A DNA stretch of 52,040 bases from a virus (lineage: Duplodnaviria; Caudoviricetes). Location of the stretch: positions 1 through 52,040 of IMG/VR virus record IMGVR_UViG_3300038393_001982; one strand, given 5' to 3'. Position numbers and translations under genes: made by a program. Of the stretch, positions 36,656 through 46,351 are shown in pieces (position 1 is the stretch's first letter; each line of letters begins with the position of its first letter). The notes beneath the pieces are model-generated. The model did no database searches and had not been told where the DNA came from. It saw only the letters and a list, made by a program, of their open reading frames with translations.

Positions 36656-37603
36656 TTACGGGGTGTCGGCGCCCTTGATCAGGACGGCGCGGTTCGGGTC
36701 GAGGGTCTTCGTGCCGTACAGGCAGTCGACGGAGACGACCATCTGCTTCTTGTCCATGTCGTAGTCGCGGATGACACGGAGCGCGAACCCCTTGTAGTTC
36801 ATGATCGCGGCGTCGATGGCGCCCTGCGGGAGCTCCAGCGGCCGGAACGCGAGGGCGAACGCGGTGCGGTGGAAGGCGACGTTCTCCTCGGTGGTCGGCT
36901 GGCCGCTGGCCGGGGCGCCGGGCTGGCCGACGTGCTGCGTCCAGTACGGGTCAAACCCGGAGACGCGGCCGCCGAGGGAGGCCTCCAGCAGGCCCTCGGT
37001 GGAGCCTCGCTTCTCGGACGAGCGCCACACCTTCTCGGCGGTCCACCGGGCCTTGGTGGTCGGGCCGGTGACGATCCGCCGCTCGGTGGTGGGGACCTTC
37101 GCGAGGTCGAGGACGGAGCCGGCCTGGATCAGGACGCGGCTGTCGGAGTACGGGTAGTCCCCGTTGTAGCCGGTGTAGTCCTCGCCGGCGGCGTTCGGGG
37201 TGGCGTGGCCGACCTCGGCGGTGATGTCGTTGCGCAGGGCCAGAAGGTCGATGTCGATCTTCTGGGCGATGGCCTCCATTGCCGGGGTGAGGAGTTGGGC
37301 GTCGAAGTCCGTGATCTTGAGGGACATGTCCTCGGACGTGACGGCGAAGGAGACGTCGGCGAAGTGGTTGAGCGTCATGTTGACCGAGGTCTCGGTCGCG
37401 TCCTGCACCGTGATGCCCGAGGTCCGCGAGTACTCGTTCGCGGTGAACACCGCCGGCTTGCGGATGGTGATCGCGTCGCCCACCTTGCGGGCGAACTCCG
37501 GCTCGTAGTCGCGGTGCACGAGCGACGCCATGACGGTCGACTCGTAGAGGTTGGCGAGAGCCTGCTGCGCGATGACCTGCGCGGTCAGGAACGTGTTGGC
37601 CAT
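36656..37603 (-). CDS. Major capsid protein (P22 coat-like)
   Basis: MANTFLT...GDAITIRKP...AFHRTAFAL..RPL...SVDCLYG.K. Confidence 0.9.
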   Translation of the reverse strand: MANTFLTAQVIAQQALANLYESTVMASLVHRDYEPEFARKVGDAITIRKPAVFTANEYSRTSGITVQDATETSVNMTLNHFADVSFAVTSEDMSLKITDFDAQLLTPAMEAIAQKIDIDLLALRNDITAEVGHATPNAAGEDYTGYNGDYPYSDSRVLIQAGSVLDLAKVPTTERRIVTGPTTKARWTAEKVWRSSEKRGSTEGLLEASLGGRVSGFDPYWTQHVGQPGAPASGQPTTEENVAFHRTAFALAFRPLELPQGAIDAAIMNYKGFALRVIRDYDMDKKQMVVSVDCLYGTKTLDPNRAVLIKGADTP

Positions 37604-37617
37604 GGTGTCTGTTCTCC

Positions 37618-38394
37618 TTACCCGGCTCGGCGCTTGCGGCGCGCTTCGCGGATGTCGTCGATGGTCTGGGGGCCGCCGTCGGGCTTGTCGCCCGTAGAGC
37701 CGTTGAAGTCCGTGCTGCCGCTGTCGCTCTTGGCGGGGGTGGCGGCGAGCTTCGGGTTGTCGGTGACGGCCGCCTTGATGGCCTCGCCGACCTTCTTGGC
37801 GAAGGCGCTGTCGGCAGGGTCGAGCTTGCCGAGCTGGGCCATGAACGCCCGGGAGTCGGTAAGCGCGCCCGGGTCGGCCCCGTGTGCCGCGGCGCCCTTG
37901 AAGACGGCCAGCTCGATGGCGGTCTCGCGGTGCGCGGCGGTCGCCCGCTCGATCTCCGCGGTGAGCTTGGCCGGGTCCGGCGGTGGCGCCTTCTCGTCCT
38001 TGATCAGACCGAGGGCCTTGCCGAGGTCCTGCACCAGGGCGTTCCGCGCCTCCTGGGCCGCGGTCTCCTTGGCGGTCGTGCGCTCCTTGCCGACCTCCTT
38101 GCGGGTGTCGGCCAGTTCCTTGGTGAGCCGGGCGATCTCCGCCGCCTGGTCACCGCCTGCTCCGCTCTTCGCCGGCGGCTTCGGCTTCGGGGACTCGCCG
38201 TCGCTGTCCGTACCACCGCTCTCGGTCCCGCTGTCGCCGTCGTTGGCGCCGCTGTCAGTGGTGTCACCGGCGGTGCCGTCGCCGCTGGATCCGGAGTCGC
38301 CGCCGTCCCCTCCGTCGGCATAGAAGACCGGGGAGAAAGGGGCGCGGCGGTAGGGGTGGGCCCAGCCGGTTCGGGGCATGGTGGAGCGTCGCAT
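37618..38394 (-). CDS. Scaffolding protein
   Basis: Acidic low-complexity N-terminus, coiled coil, DSRAF..., NPKL; upstream of the capsid gene. Confidence 0.8.
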   Translation of the reverse strand: MRRSTMPRTGWAHPYRRAPFSPVFYADGGDGGDSGSSGDGTAGDTTDSGANDGDSGTESGGTDSDGESPKPKPPAKSGAGGDQAAEIARLTKELADTRKEVGKERTTAKETAAQEARNALVQDLGKALGLIKDEKAPPPDPAKLTAEIERATAAHRETAIELAVFKGAAAHGADPGALTDSRAFMAQLGKLDPADSAFAKKVGEAIKAAVTDNPKLAATPAKSDSGSTDFNGSTGDKPDGGPQTIDDIREARRKRRAG

Positions 38395-38498
38395 CGTGCC
38401 CTCCTGGGGCGCGTCGGGGCCGACCCCTGGCCGGCCTGGGGCGGCCCGCGCCTGGCGGGCCAGCGGTTCACCCGGCCGCACCCGGCGGCCGGAAGTCT

Positions 38499-39614
38499 TC
38501 AGCGGGCGGAGGAGAGCTGTTCGCGGTGGCTCTTGCGGGGCAGCCCGTCGCTCTCGGCGAGCAGGTCCCGCACCCGGCCTTGGTACTCGCGGACCTTGGC
38601 GTTCGCCGCCTTGCGCTGGTCGTCGTCCATGGCCGCGGCCGCTCGGCGCTTCCAGCTGCGGATCTGCCGTTCCAGGTACCGCTGCTGTTGGGTCTGCTCG
38701 TAGGTCGCCCGGTCCTCCTGAACGGGCGGGCGCCGGGTGATCCCGGGCAGGTACGCGCTGACCCGGTGCCGGCAGTTGGGGTGTTGCAGGCCGGCCGCGC
38801 GTGCGTCCGCCAGCGACCCGGCAATGTGCACGGTGACGGTCTGCCCGTCATCGGTGGCGTGCTGGAGCTGGACGTCGCGGGCACCCGATCCCCCGATGGA
38901 GAGGACCTTGCGTTCCCAGGGGCGGCAGAGCGGGCACTCCTCCGGGCTGTCCGAGACGACCACCAGGTTGATGCCGGCGGCCTCCAGCCGGTCCGTGTGG
39001 GCCTGCACCGCCGCCTTGCCGACCGCGGACCGGGTGGCCATCTCCGCGTAGGAGGTCATGTCCCAGGCCCGACCTGCTTTGTCGACGAATCCGGTTACGC
39101 CCTTCGTCGCGAAGCGGGCGAGGGCCCGGGCCGCGGCCTGGCGGCGGGTCTCGGCTCCCACGAGCACGGACACGGACGCCTCAGCCACGGTCTGCCGGTA
39201 CACGTCGAGGCCGACCCGTAGGACCCGCTGGTACACCGGGCCCGTGTCGGCAACGACGGCCGCGGCGAGTCGGTCGATGACTGCCGCGCCGGGCAGTGCC
39301 TCGGCCGCTGCCGCGGTTTGCCCGATCGGGAGCGCGCCGAGTTCGGCAACTGCGGCCTGCTGACCGCGCTCGTACGCCTGGGCGATGGCTTCGCGCAGGG
39401 CGCCGTCGGTATCGGTCTGGAGTCCGGCGAGGAGCTCGCGCAGTCCCTGCTGAAGGTCACCAACCGCGGCGAGCTTCCGCTCCACCCACCACGGGGCGTC
39501 GATGTCCGCGGCCAGCGCGGCGCGGAGGCGCTCCAGCAGTGCAAGTTCGGCCTGCTCGTACAGGGCGCCGACCGCGTGCGCGAGATCCTCGGCCATGTCC
39601 GGGGAGACCGGCAC
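38499..39614 (-). CDS. Phage minor capsid/head morphogenesis protein
   Basis: YAEMATR...CPLCRPWE...HPNCRH...QRYLERQIR.WK. Confidence 0.85.
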   Translation of the reverse strand: MPVSPDMAEDLAHAVGALYEQAELALLERLRAALAADIDAPWWVERKLAAVGDLQQGLRELLAGLQTDTDGALREAIAQAYERGQQAAVAELGALPIGQTAAAAEALPGAAVIDRLAAAVVADTGPVYQRVLRVGLDVYRQTVAEASVSVLVGAETRRQAAARALARFATKGVTGFVDKAGRAWDMTSYAEMATRSAVGKAAVQAHTDRLEAAGINLVVVSDSPEECPLCRPWERKVLSIGGSGARDVQLQHATDDGQTVTVHIAGSLADARAAGLQHPNCRHRVSAYLPGITRRPPVQEDRATYEQTQQQRYLERQIRSWKRRAAAAMDDDQRKAANAKVREYQGRVRDLLAESDGLPRKSHREQLSSAR

Positions 39615-39624
39615 CGTCCACCTC

Positions 39625-41145
39625 CTAGGAGACGAGGCCGGTCTGCATCGGGTCGGGCACGGCCTGGCCGGTCTCGGCGTGGATCGCCGCGACCTCAGCG
39701 CTGACGCGCTTGTCGTCCCATTCCGGGTGCATGATCCGGACCTTGGTCTCGGTTGATGCGGCCCCAGCGCGGTTCAGTACCTCGACAGTGTTCGCCAGGG
39801 ACAGGGCGTCCTCCTGGACGCCGTCCTGGAACTCGACCTGCGGGCGCTGGCGCCAGTCCGCGCCGGAGCGGTAGATGTCGGCGTCCATGGCGAGCAGCGC
39901 CTGGATTGCGTCGGCGAGTCCCGGCCGCCACGCAAGGATCTTGTTCCCGCGGGTGGTCATGGACCGCTGCCCCTTGGCCGTGACCTCGGTGGCGGTGATT
40001 GCGACCTCGCCCTCACCGCCGAACGTCTGCTCGCTGTAGCCGGCCGAGGAGACGATCCGCTTCACCAGCTCGGCGCAGGTGTCCTTGTGCTCGGCCACCC
40101 TGATATCGAACTGGATCAACGTCAGCGGGGACTCGCCGGGCTTGGTGAGCATGTCGAGCCCGGAATAGACCTCCTGCTCGGCGGACCAGATGGGCCCGCG
40201 GCCGACGCCGGCGGACTGCAACATGGCGTTTGGGACGGCGACGCGGGCCTTGGCGAGCCGCAGGTCGCGCATCCACGAGGCGTGTGTCTGGTCGAGGTCG
40301 TCCATCAGGTTCTCGACGCCGTCGAGGTCGGAGCGGCCCAGGTTGGACAGCAACGGCAGAGACCGCCATCGGCGGGTCGGCTGGTTGGGAATGTAGGCGA
40401 CGCCAAGCCGCGGGTAGCCGGTGAGGATCTGCCCCTGGTCGTCGACCCGGGTGGCGAGCGCCGCCGTCTCGTCCAGGTCTTCCAGCGGCACCGGCCGGCC
40501 GAGCTTGTCCTTGGTGCCCTGGTAGAGGCCGTGCAGGATGCGGCCGGGTTCATGCCGTTCCAGGTGTCGCCAGACCTGCCCGTCCTCCTCCTCGACGACC
40601 CGCCAGAACGTGACCGCAGACAGGCGCCCCCAGGTGAATTCGGGGATGGCCCGGTCGGCGTGGACGGTGTCCAGCCAAGGTTCGTCGGCGAGCGTGGTGT
40701 CGGCGACGGGCCGCAGGTACACCCCACCGTGGGCGGCGTCCAGCTCGGCGGCACGGAGGAGGGTGGCGTGGAAGCGGTCACCGCAGACCGCGTCAAGGCG
40801 GGCTTGCGTCTTCTCGGAGTCGACGACGGTGATCCTGGGCGGCTCGGAGAAGAGCAGGTTCGCCGAGGCGGAGCAGATGTCCCCGGCGATGGGGATGTGG
40901 GTGTGGGAGCGGAGCTCACCGGGCGCGGGCGGGGTGCCCCACCACCAGCGGGAGATCCGGCCGACGAGCCCGCCCCGGTACTGGCTGGTTTTCGGGTCGG
41001 GCATGCCGAACTGGCTGCCGCCTCCGTAGAGAGCGGTGAGCTTGTCCGGGTCGCCGCCCCACCAGGTGTCCCACGCGTCGATCGCCTGGAGTGCCGGCCG
41101 CAGGGGCTTTGGCGGCCAGGGGATGCTGTGGTCGGGCAGTGGCAC
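39625..41145 (-). CDS. Portal protein
   Basis: SANLLFSEPP...LERHEPG...YIPN...IRV.EH...TATEV; after terminase. Confidence 0.9.
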   Translation of the reverse strand: MPLPDHSIPWPPKPLRPALQAIDAWDTWWGGDPDKLTALYGGGSQFGMPDPKTSQYRGGLVGRISRWWWGTPPAPGELRSHTHIPIAGDICSASANLLFSEPPRITVVDSEKTQARLDAVCGDRFHATLLRAAELDAAHGGVYLRPVADTTLADEPWLDTVHADRAIPEFTWGRLSAVTFWRVVEEEDGQVWRHLERHEPGRILHGLYQGTKDKLGRPVPLEDLDETAALATRVDDQGQILTGYPRLGVAYIPNQPTRRWRSLPLLSNLGRSDLDGVENLMDDLDQTHASWMRDLRLAKARVAVPNAMLQSAGVGRGPIWSAEQEVYSGLDMLTKPGESPLTLIQFDIRVAEHKDTCAELVKRIVSSAGYSEQTFGGEGEVAITATEVTAKGQRSMTTRGNKILAWRPGLADAIQALLAMDADIYRSGADWRQRPQVEFQDGVQEDALSLANTVEVLNRAGAASTETKVRIMHPEWDDKRVSAEVAAIHAETGQAVPDPMQTGLVS

Positions 41146-41165
41146 CTCATCACCGCCTTCCCGGG

Positions 41166-42455
41166 TTAGGCCGCCATGTCGAGGGCGGTGATGAGGTGGG
41201 GGCGCCAGAGCGCTTCGGTGGTGACCACGGCGTACCGGCCGCCGTCGAGGGAGTGGTCGGCGACCTTGATCGGCTTGTCCTTGCCGTCCTCGGTGGCTTT
41301 CGGGTCCCAGGAGTAGCCGGGTGCCTCACGGATGAAGCCCTCGCACCGGTCGCTGACCAGCAGTTGGCCCTCGGCAAGGAGGGTGGCCAGCAGGGTGATG
41401 CCGCGGGAGACGTCGTTGTCGGCTTCCTGCGCGGTCAGCCCGTCGTGGTGGAGCTGGGTGCGGAAGCTGGCAGCGGCCGGGTCAACGACCACCCACTCCG
41501 GAAGCTGGGAGGCGGTCTGGGGGGCGTGGGCGGTGGTGTGCAGCCAGTCGCGCATGCTCGCCGACAGCTGGCCGTCGGTGAGCCGGTTCTGGGAGTGCTG
41601 GGGGTCGTGACGCCACTCGTCCATGAGGTACAGGCGGCGGTCGGCGCCGAGGCCGAGGAGCAGGCCGGTGCTGGGGTTGGTGGTGCCGTAGTCGACGCCG
41701 AGGGCGAGGACGCGCTGCATGGCCGGCATCTGGTGCCATGGGATGACGTGCCGGTCGGGGTCCCACATGTCGAAGATCGCGCCCTCGGCGGCGACCCACT
41801 CGCCGAGGATGAACCGCCGGTACCACAGGCCGGTGTAGGTGCGGCGGTACCGTTCCTTGACGGACTCGGCGAGGGCCGGGTTGTCGTCGAGCTGGAAGTG
41901 CCAGACCCGCCAGTCCGTCAGCTGCCCGAGCCGGTCGAGGAACCGGCGCCGGACCCAGTGCGCGGGGCTGTCCGGGTTGGTGGTGCAGAAGATCTGCGAG
42001 CCCTCGACCGAGCAGCGGCCGAGGAGCTGCTGGAAGAAGTCCTCCGAGATGACGGTCAACTCGTCGACGTACGCGCCCGCGCAGGTCAGACCGCGCAAGA
42101 CCTTCTCGGCTTTGGCGTCGGAGGCGCCGAGGACGTGGATCGTCCGGCCGAGGATGGTCGCTGTGGACGCGCCGTTGGTGTACCGGGTCAGCCGGGCGAG
42201 GGGCCCCATGATGTCGGGGTCCATGAGCGGCCCGAAGACGTTCCGGTTCAGCGAGTCGCGGGTGCGGCCGACGACCACCAGCTCGCCGCCGCGGGGCGCC
42301 GTGGCAACGTAGATCAGCCAGCGCAGCAGGGAGACGATCGTCTTGCCGCTGCGGATGCTGCCCTCGGCGAGGTTGACGAACGCGGTGCTGTTGACGACGT
42401 AGTCGAGCTGCTTGCGGCCGAGGCCGAAGCGGCCGGCGAGGTCATGGAGCATCAC
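41166..42455 (-). CDS. terL: Terminase large subunit (PBSX-like)
   Basis: EGSIRSGKT Walker A, YVDE Walker B, TTNP, GVDYG, DH..DGGRY. Confidence 0.95.
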   Translation of the reverse strand: MMLHDLAGRFGLGRKQLDYVVNSTAFVNLAEGSIRSGKTIVSLLRWLIYVATAPRGGELVVVGRTRDSLNRNVFGPLMDPDIMGPLARLTRYTNGASTATILGRTIHVLGASDAKAEKVLRGLTCAGAYVDELTVISEDFFQQLLGRCSVEGSQIFCTTNPDSPAHWVRRRFLDRLGQLTDWRVWHFQLDDNPALAESVKERYRRTYTGLWYRRFILGEWVAAEGAIFDMWDPDRHVIPWHQMPAMQRVLALGVDYGTTNPSTGLLLGLGADRRLYLMDEWRHDPQHSQNRLTDGQLSASMRDWLHTTAHAPQTASQLPEWVVVDPAAASFRTQLHHDGLTAQEADNDVSRGITLLATLLAEGQLLVSDRCEGFIREAPGYSWDPKATEDGKDKPIKVADHSLDGGRYAVVTTEALWRPHLITALDMAA

Positions 42456-42990
42456 CCGCCCCCTCGTCTGAGGCCGCCTCCTGCTGCTCGTTCCATACGG
42501 CGGTGAGTCCGGTCATCAGCTTGCCGAGCATGCTGCGGGCGTTGTCGATGCCGTTCTCCTCGGCGGGCGGGCACAGCTTGAGGGATCGGTCGATGGCCAT
42601 GCCGGCGGTCGCCATCAGGTTCTTCTTGTCGGCGGCCGGGGCTTCGTCGAGGGTTCGTTCCTCGAACGTGTTGTCCTTGCCGCCGAACGCGTAGACGATG
42701 GTCGGCTGCCACATGCGCGCGCGGAGGTTCTCGGCGTCGGTCAGGAGCTGCTCGGCGAGCGCCAGGCGACGGGAAGCGAGGTCCTGTCGGCGGGTCTCGG
42801 TGGCTTCGGCGAGTTGCGGCCCGCGGTTGAAGCTGAGGCCGAGCTCGGCGGCGAGGCCGGACACCCGGCGGGCGGAGAGCCCGGTGGCCCGCATGATGTC
42901 GTTTCGGCCGAGGCCCTGGGCGTGGAGCCGGGTGATCTCGGCGCGGTCCTCATCGGCGGCGAGGCGGCGATCGGCGGGCGGCACGGTCAC
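42442..42990 (-). CDS. Terminase small subunit (HTH)
   Basis: ITRLHAQGLGRNDIMRATGLS HTH; immediately upstream of terL. Confidence 0.8.
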   Translation of the reverse strand: MTVPPADRRLAADEDRAEITRLHAQGLGRNDIMRATGLSARRVSGLAAELGLSFNRGPQLAEATETRRQDLASRRLALAEQLLTDAENLRARMWQPTIVYAFGGKDNTFEERTLDEAPAADKKNLMATAGMAIDRSLKLCPPAEENGIDNARSMLGKLMTGLTAVWNEQQEAASDEGAGDAP

Positions 42991-42997
42991 CCCCAGG

Positions 42998-43171
42998 TCA
43001 GAGCTGCTTCGTGCCGGGGTCGTTCTCGGGGAACTCGTAGCCTTCGCCGGCGATGCCGCGGGGGTCGTCGGGGGTGCATTCGACCCAGCGTCGGGTGTCG
43101 AGGGCCCAGAAGTAGCAGCCGCCACCGCGCGGGAGCGGCGGGCGGTAGTTGGGGTCTTCGGGGGTGCTCAA
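42998..43171 (-). CDS. Hypothetical small protein
   Basis: GGAGGA RBS, TTG start, STPEDPNYRPPLPRGGGCYFW... Confidence 0.5.
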   Translation of the reverse strand: MSTPEDPNYRPPLPRGGGCYFWALDTRRWVECTPDDPRGIAGEGYEFPENDPGTKQL

Positions 43172-43188
43172 CTGGTCCTCCGGGATGG

Positions 43189-43464
43189 TCAGGCGGCGGC
43201 TTGTCCGACGCGCCAGCTTGGGTGTCGGCCGCCGCGGGCGGGCCGGTCGGCGCCGTGCTGCCAGGTGTGCAGTTCGGCGCGGGCGGCGGTGGGCAGGTGG
43301 TAGAGGTGTGGGCCGCCGGGGATGGGCAGCGCTTCGATCAGGCCCTCGAATACCCAGCGCTTGATCGTGGACTCGGAGACACCGAAGGTGGCGGCGGTGC
43401 TGGCACGGTCGGCGATGTCCTGCGGGCTGATCTGATCGAGCGCAGGGTTCGGGTAGACGGCCAC
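43189..43464 (-). CDS. HTH DNA-binding protein
   Basis: TAATFGVSESTIKRWVFEGLI; GGGAGG RBS. Confidence 0.75.
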   Translation of the reverse strand: MAVYPNPALDQISPQDIADRASTAATFGVSESTIKRWVFEGLIEALPIPGGPHLYHLPTAARAELHTWQHGADRPARGGRHPSWRVGQAAA

Positions 43465-43486
43465 GGTGGCACCTCCCCGGGCAGCA

Positions 43487-43521
43487 CGAAGGCCCCGCGC
43501 GGTTTCGCTGCGGGGCCTTCG
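43487..43521. terminator. Hairpin upstream of the late operon
   Basis: cgaaggccccgc...gcggggccttcg. Confidence 0.55.
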
Positions 43522-43651
43522 GGGCGTTTCTGGGCAGGGACTACCTGCTGCAAGCGAGGTTACGACGGGCGGCGATCACTGCGCAAGCGGCTACCTCGCG
43601 AGGCCTCGGCCGGGCAGTGCGGACGGGCGGGGGGCTGAAGGCTCCGCGGGC

Positions 43652-44161
43652 TCACAGGCCGCGCTGTGCGGCGGCGATCGTCTCGGCGACGGCGAGGACG
43701 GCCAGGAGCTGGGCCTGGCCGGGTTCGGTCTCCAGGTAGCCCGTGGCCATCAGTTCGGCGAGCCGCGCGGCCTGGCCGACGGCCACGGTCAGAGCGTCGT
43801 GGGGCTCATGGGCTCCGAGGAACCTGGCGCTCCCCTCGGCGAGCCAGGCATGTGCGGCGCGCAGGGTGGCAGCGATGTCACCGCCGTGGTCCTCAAGGCG
43901 CTGCGTGCTCATCGATCCGAGCCACTCGTCGAAGTGCGACTCGACCACGGCGGGGTAGGGCCGGTGGTCGATCAGGGTGCCGCACGGGACCAGGAACCGG
44001 TCCACGTCGCCGGGCTTGCCCTTCCATCCTGACAGCCAGCCACGGGCCCGGTCGCACACGCCGAGCCGGTACTCCAGGGGGCGGCCGGCCTTGAGGCTGT
44101 GGCGTTCGATGACGTGGGTGGCGGGGGCGGTGCAGGTGGTGAGCTGTCGGAGGACGGGCAT
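43652..44161 (-). CDS. Hypothetical protein
   Basis: Open frame, N-terminal C..PATH...C motif. Confidence 0.6.
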   Translation of the reverse strand: MPVLRQLTTCTAPATHVIERHSLKAGRPLEYRLGVCDRARGWLSGWKGKPGDVDRFLVPCGTLIDHRPYPAVVESHFDEWLGSMSTQRLEDHGGDIAATLRAAHAWLAEGSARFLGAHEPHDALTVAVGQAARLAELMATGYLETEPGQAQLLAVLAVAETIAAAQRGL

Positions 44162-44254
44162 GCGGTTCCCCTTGGTGTGGTGGGCGTTCGGATGGTCGCA
44201 TGGAGCGGCCCGCCCCGTCAGTCGAAGGGGCGGGCCGGGTGTTGGTGGTGGTGT

Positions 44255-44401
44255 TCAGCTGTGCGGGTTGGTGGTGGGCTGCGGGTCCGGCGCGGGGGTG
44301 AGCCAGACGCTGATGCCGGCGCCTCGCTCCTCGACGCGCGGCTCGGGCAGGGCGGGCTGGGGCTGCGGGTCGGGCTGGGCGGTGCCGTTAGCGAGGGCCA
44401 T
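44255..44401 (-). CDS. Small Pro-rich protein
   Basis: GGGAGA RBS; MALANGTAQPDPQPQP... Confidence 0.4.
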   Translation of the reverse strand: MALANGTAQPDPQPQPALPEPRVEERGAGISVWLTPAPDPQPTTNPHS

Positions 44402-44488
44402 GATGGTGGTCTCCCTACTCTGTGATGGGTGGTGGAGGGCCCGGGGCGGCCGGCTTGCTGGCAGGCGGTGCGGTCGCCCCGGGGCGTG

Positions 44489-44656
44489 CTACTTGGTGCA
44501 GGTGCGGGCGTGCTCGCGGGCCCGCTCGTCGGCGATGTCCCTGGTCGACTCGGCGTCGCCGGTGTTGCAGTCGCACCACCAGTGGTGGAGTTCGATCCCG
44601 CCGTAGTGGGTCACGTCCCGAATCCCGACGGTCTTGCCGGTGGCGGTGTAGTACAT
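44489..44656 (-). CDS. Small Cys/His protein
   Basis: GAGGAG RBS; WWCDC...AREHARTC. Confidence 0.6.
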   Translation of the reverse strand: MYYTATGKTVGIRDVTHYGGIELHHWWCDCNTGDAESTRDIADERAREHARTCTK

Positions 44657-44689
44657 GGCGTCTCCTCGTGGGTGGGTGGTTGGTGCCGG

Positions 44690-44896
44690 TCAGGCGGGGA
44701 GCAGGTCGTACAGACGGGTGATCTCGTCGCGAACCTTGTCGAGCTGGGTGGCGAGCTGGCGGCGCCGGTCGGGGTCGGTGGCGTCGGCGCAGGCGATCTG
44801 GAGTTCGGTGATTCGGCCCGCGGCGGCGGCGAGCTGCTGGTCGATGGTCATGGTGGTCTCCGGGTGGGTGTGGCTGGCGGGCCAGCGGTCGGTCAT
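44690..44896 (-). CDS. Small coiled-coil protein
   Basis: GAGAGG RBS; IDQQLAAAAGRITELQ...LDKVRDEI. Confidence 0.55.
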   Translation of the reverse strand: MTDRWPASHTHPETTMTIDQQLAAAAGRITELQIACADATDPDRRRQLATQLDKVRDEITRLYDLLPA

Positions 44897-44922
44897 GGCG
44901 GGTGTCCTCTCGTGTCGGTGGA

Positions 44923-45927
44923 TCATGCGGCGGTGGTGTGGCTGACGATGATCGTCCGGGCGGGGTTGTCGGGGTCGGTGCGCATGACGAACCCCTCTCG
45001 GGTGGACCACTCTCCGGTGTTGTTGGCGTTGGTGTTGGCGCTCTGACCTGCGCCAACGTTGGCAACAACGCGGGGGGCGGGGGCGCTCTCGGCCGGGGAG
45101 GGGAGTGCGGGCACGTCCTGGTGGTGGACGCCGGGCCCGTTGCCGTCCGGCGTACGGACCCCTGCGCGGACCGGGATGCGGGCCTCTGCGAGGAGGGTCC
45201 GGACAGCCTTGGTGGAGGGCTCCCAGCCGGGGTGGGAGGCGGCCAGATCGGCGGCCAGCCGGGTGAGCAGAACGGAGGTCTCGTCGGCCGCCAGAGAGGC
45301 CGTCAGCCGGTGGGCCTCGGCGGGGGTCGGAACGGCGGCCTCGGGCTCCTCCTGGTCGACCTCGTCGGCGTCGTCCGCGGGGGCGTCGCCGGTCTCCTTG
45401 GCGGGGGCCTGCTTGGTGCTCTCCGGGGTGGTGGTGTTGCCGAGAATCAGGGCGGCGATCACCCACAGGGTGAGGCCGCTGCTGATGGCGACTCCGGCGT
45501 AGTGCCGGACCACGGGAACGCCGGCCAGCAGGGTCGCGGAGACGACGGCGCATCCGGCGGCGACCAGGGCAGGATGGGTGGGCCGCTCGCCGAGGTCCTC
45601 CAGAGCCTTGGCGCGCTGCTCGGGGTCCTTGATCTGCTTCGCCTTGGCGCGCCGCTCCTTCCACGCCGCGAGCGTGTCGGCGTGCTCGGTCTTGGCGTCG
45701 ACGTGGCGGGTCCTGATCGGGGCGAGCATGCGGCGGTTGCCCTGGCGGAGCGCGGCGAGCGAGAGGCCGCCGAGGTAGGGGTGGACGGGCCGCTCCCCCT
45801 TGAGGGCTTCGAGCGCGGTGGCGCGCTCCTTGGGGTCCTTGATCTGGCGGGCCTTGGTGCGGCACTCGTTCCACGCGGCCAGGGCTTCGGCGTGCAGGGT
45901 GAGGGCGTCGGAGAGGGGGTTGGTCAT
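44923..45927 (-). CDS. Membrane protein with duplicated N-terminal module and putative C-terminal wHTH
   Basis: Two ~39-aa repeats, two TM helices, VLLTRLAADL...VRTLLAEARIPVRAGVR. Confidence 0.7.
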   Translation of the reverse strand: MTNPLSDALTLHAEALAAWNECRTKARQIKDPKERATALEALKGERPVHPYLGGLSLAALRQGNRRMLAPIRTRHVDAKTEHADTLAAWKERRAKAKQIKDPEQRAKALEDLGERPTHPALVAAGCAVVSATLLAGVPVVRHYAGVAISSGLTLWVIAALILGNTTTPESTKQAPAKETGDAPADDADEVDQEEPEAAVPTPAEAHRLTASLAADETSVLLTRLAADLAASHPGWEPSTKAVRTLLAEARIPVRAGVRTPDGNGPGVHHQDVPALPSPAESAPAPRVVANVGAGQSANTNANNTGEWSTREGFVMRTDPDNPARTIIVSHTTAA

Positions 45928-45928
45928 C

Positions 45929-46339
45929 TCAGGCTCCGATCAGGCCGTGGAGGAACGAGCCGACCACGGTGAACGGCAGGGCGAGGATCGAGCCGGAGGC
46001 GAGGCAGGCGGCGGGGAGGGTACCGCCGACGATCACGTCTTTCCACACGCGGGGCTTGGTGCCGAACAGGATGATCACGAGGATGGCGGCGGTGGCTCCG
46101 GCGCCCGCGTTGAACTGCTGGTTCATGGCGGCGGTGAGCGAGTCGCCCACGACCTTCGGCGCCTCGAAGGCTTGGCCGGCGCCCTGGGCGAACAGGCCGA
46201 ACAGGAGCATCCACCAGGCGGTGTGGTGGTCCTTGTGCTGCTCGGCGAGGGTGCCCTTGCCCCGGTGCCCGACGAGCAGCCACACCATGATTACGAGGCA
46301 CACGCCGGTGGCGGTGAACGGTCCGAGCAAGGAGGTCAT
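45929..46339 (-). CDS. Integral membrane protein (about 4 TM)
   Basis: Highly hydrophobic 136 aa; GGAG RBS. Confidence 0.75.
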   Translation of the reverse strand: MTSLLGPFTATGVCLVIMVWLLVGHRGKGTLAEQHKDHHTAWWMLLFGLFAQGAGQAFEAPKVVGDSLTAAMNQQFNAGAGATAAILVIILFGTKPRVWKDVIVGGTLPAACLASGSILALPFTVVGSFLHGLIGA

Positions 46340-46351
46340 GGTGACTCCAGG

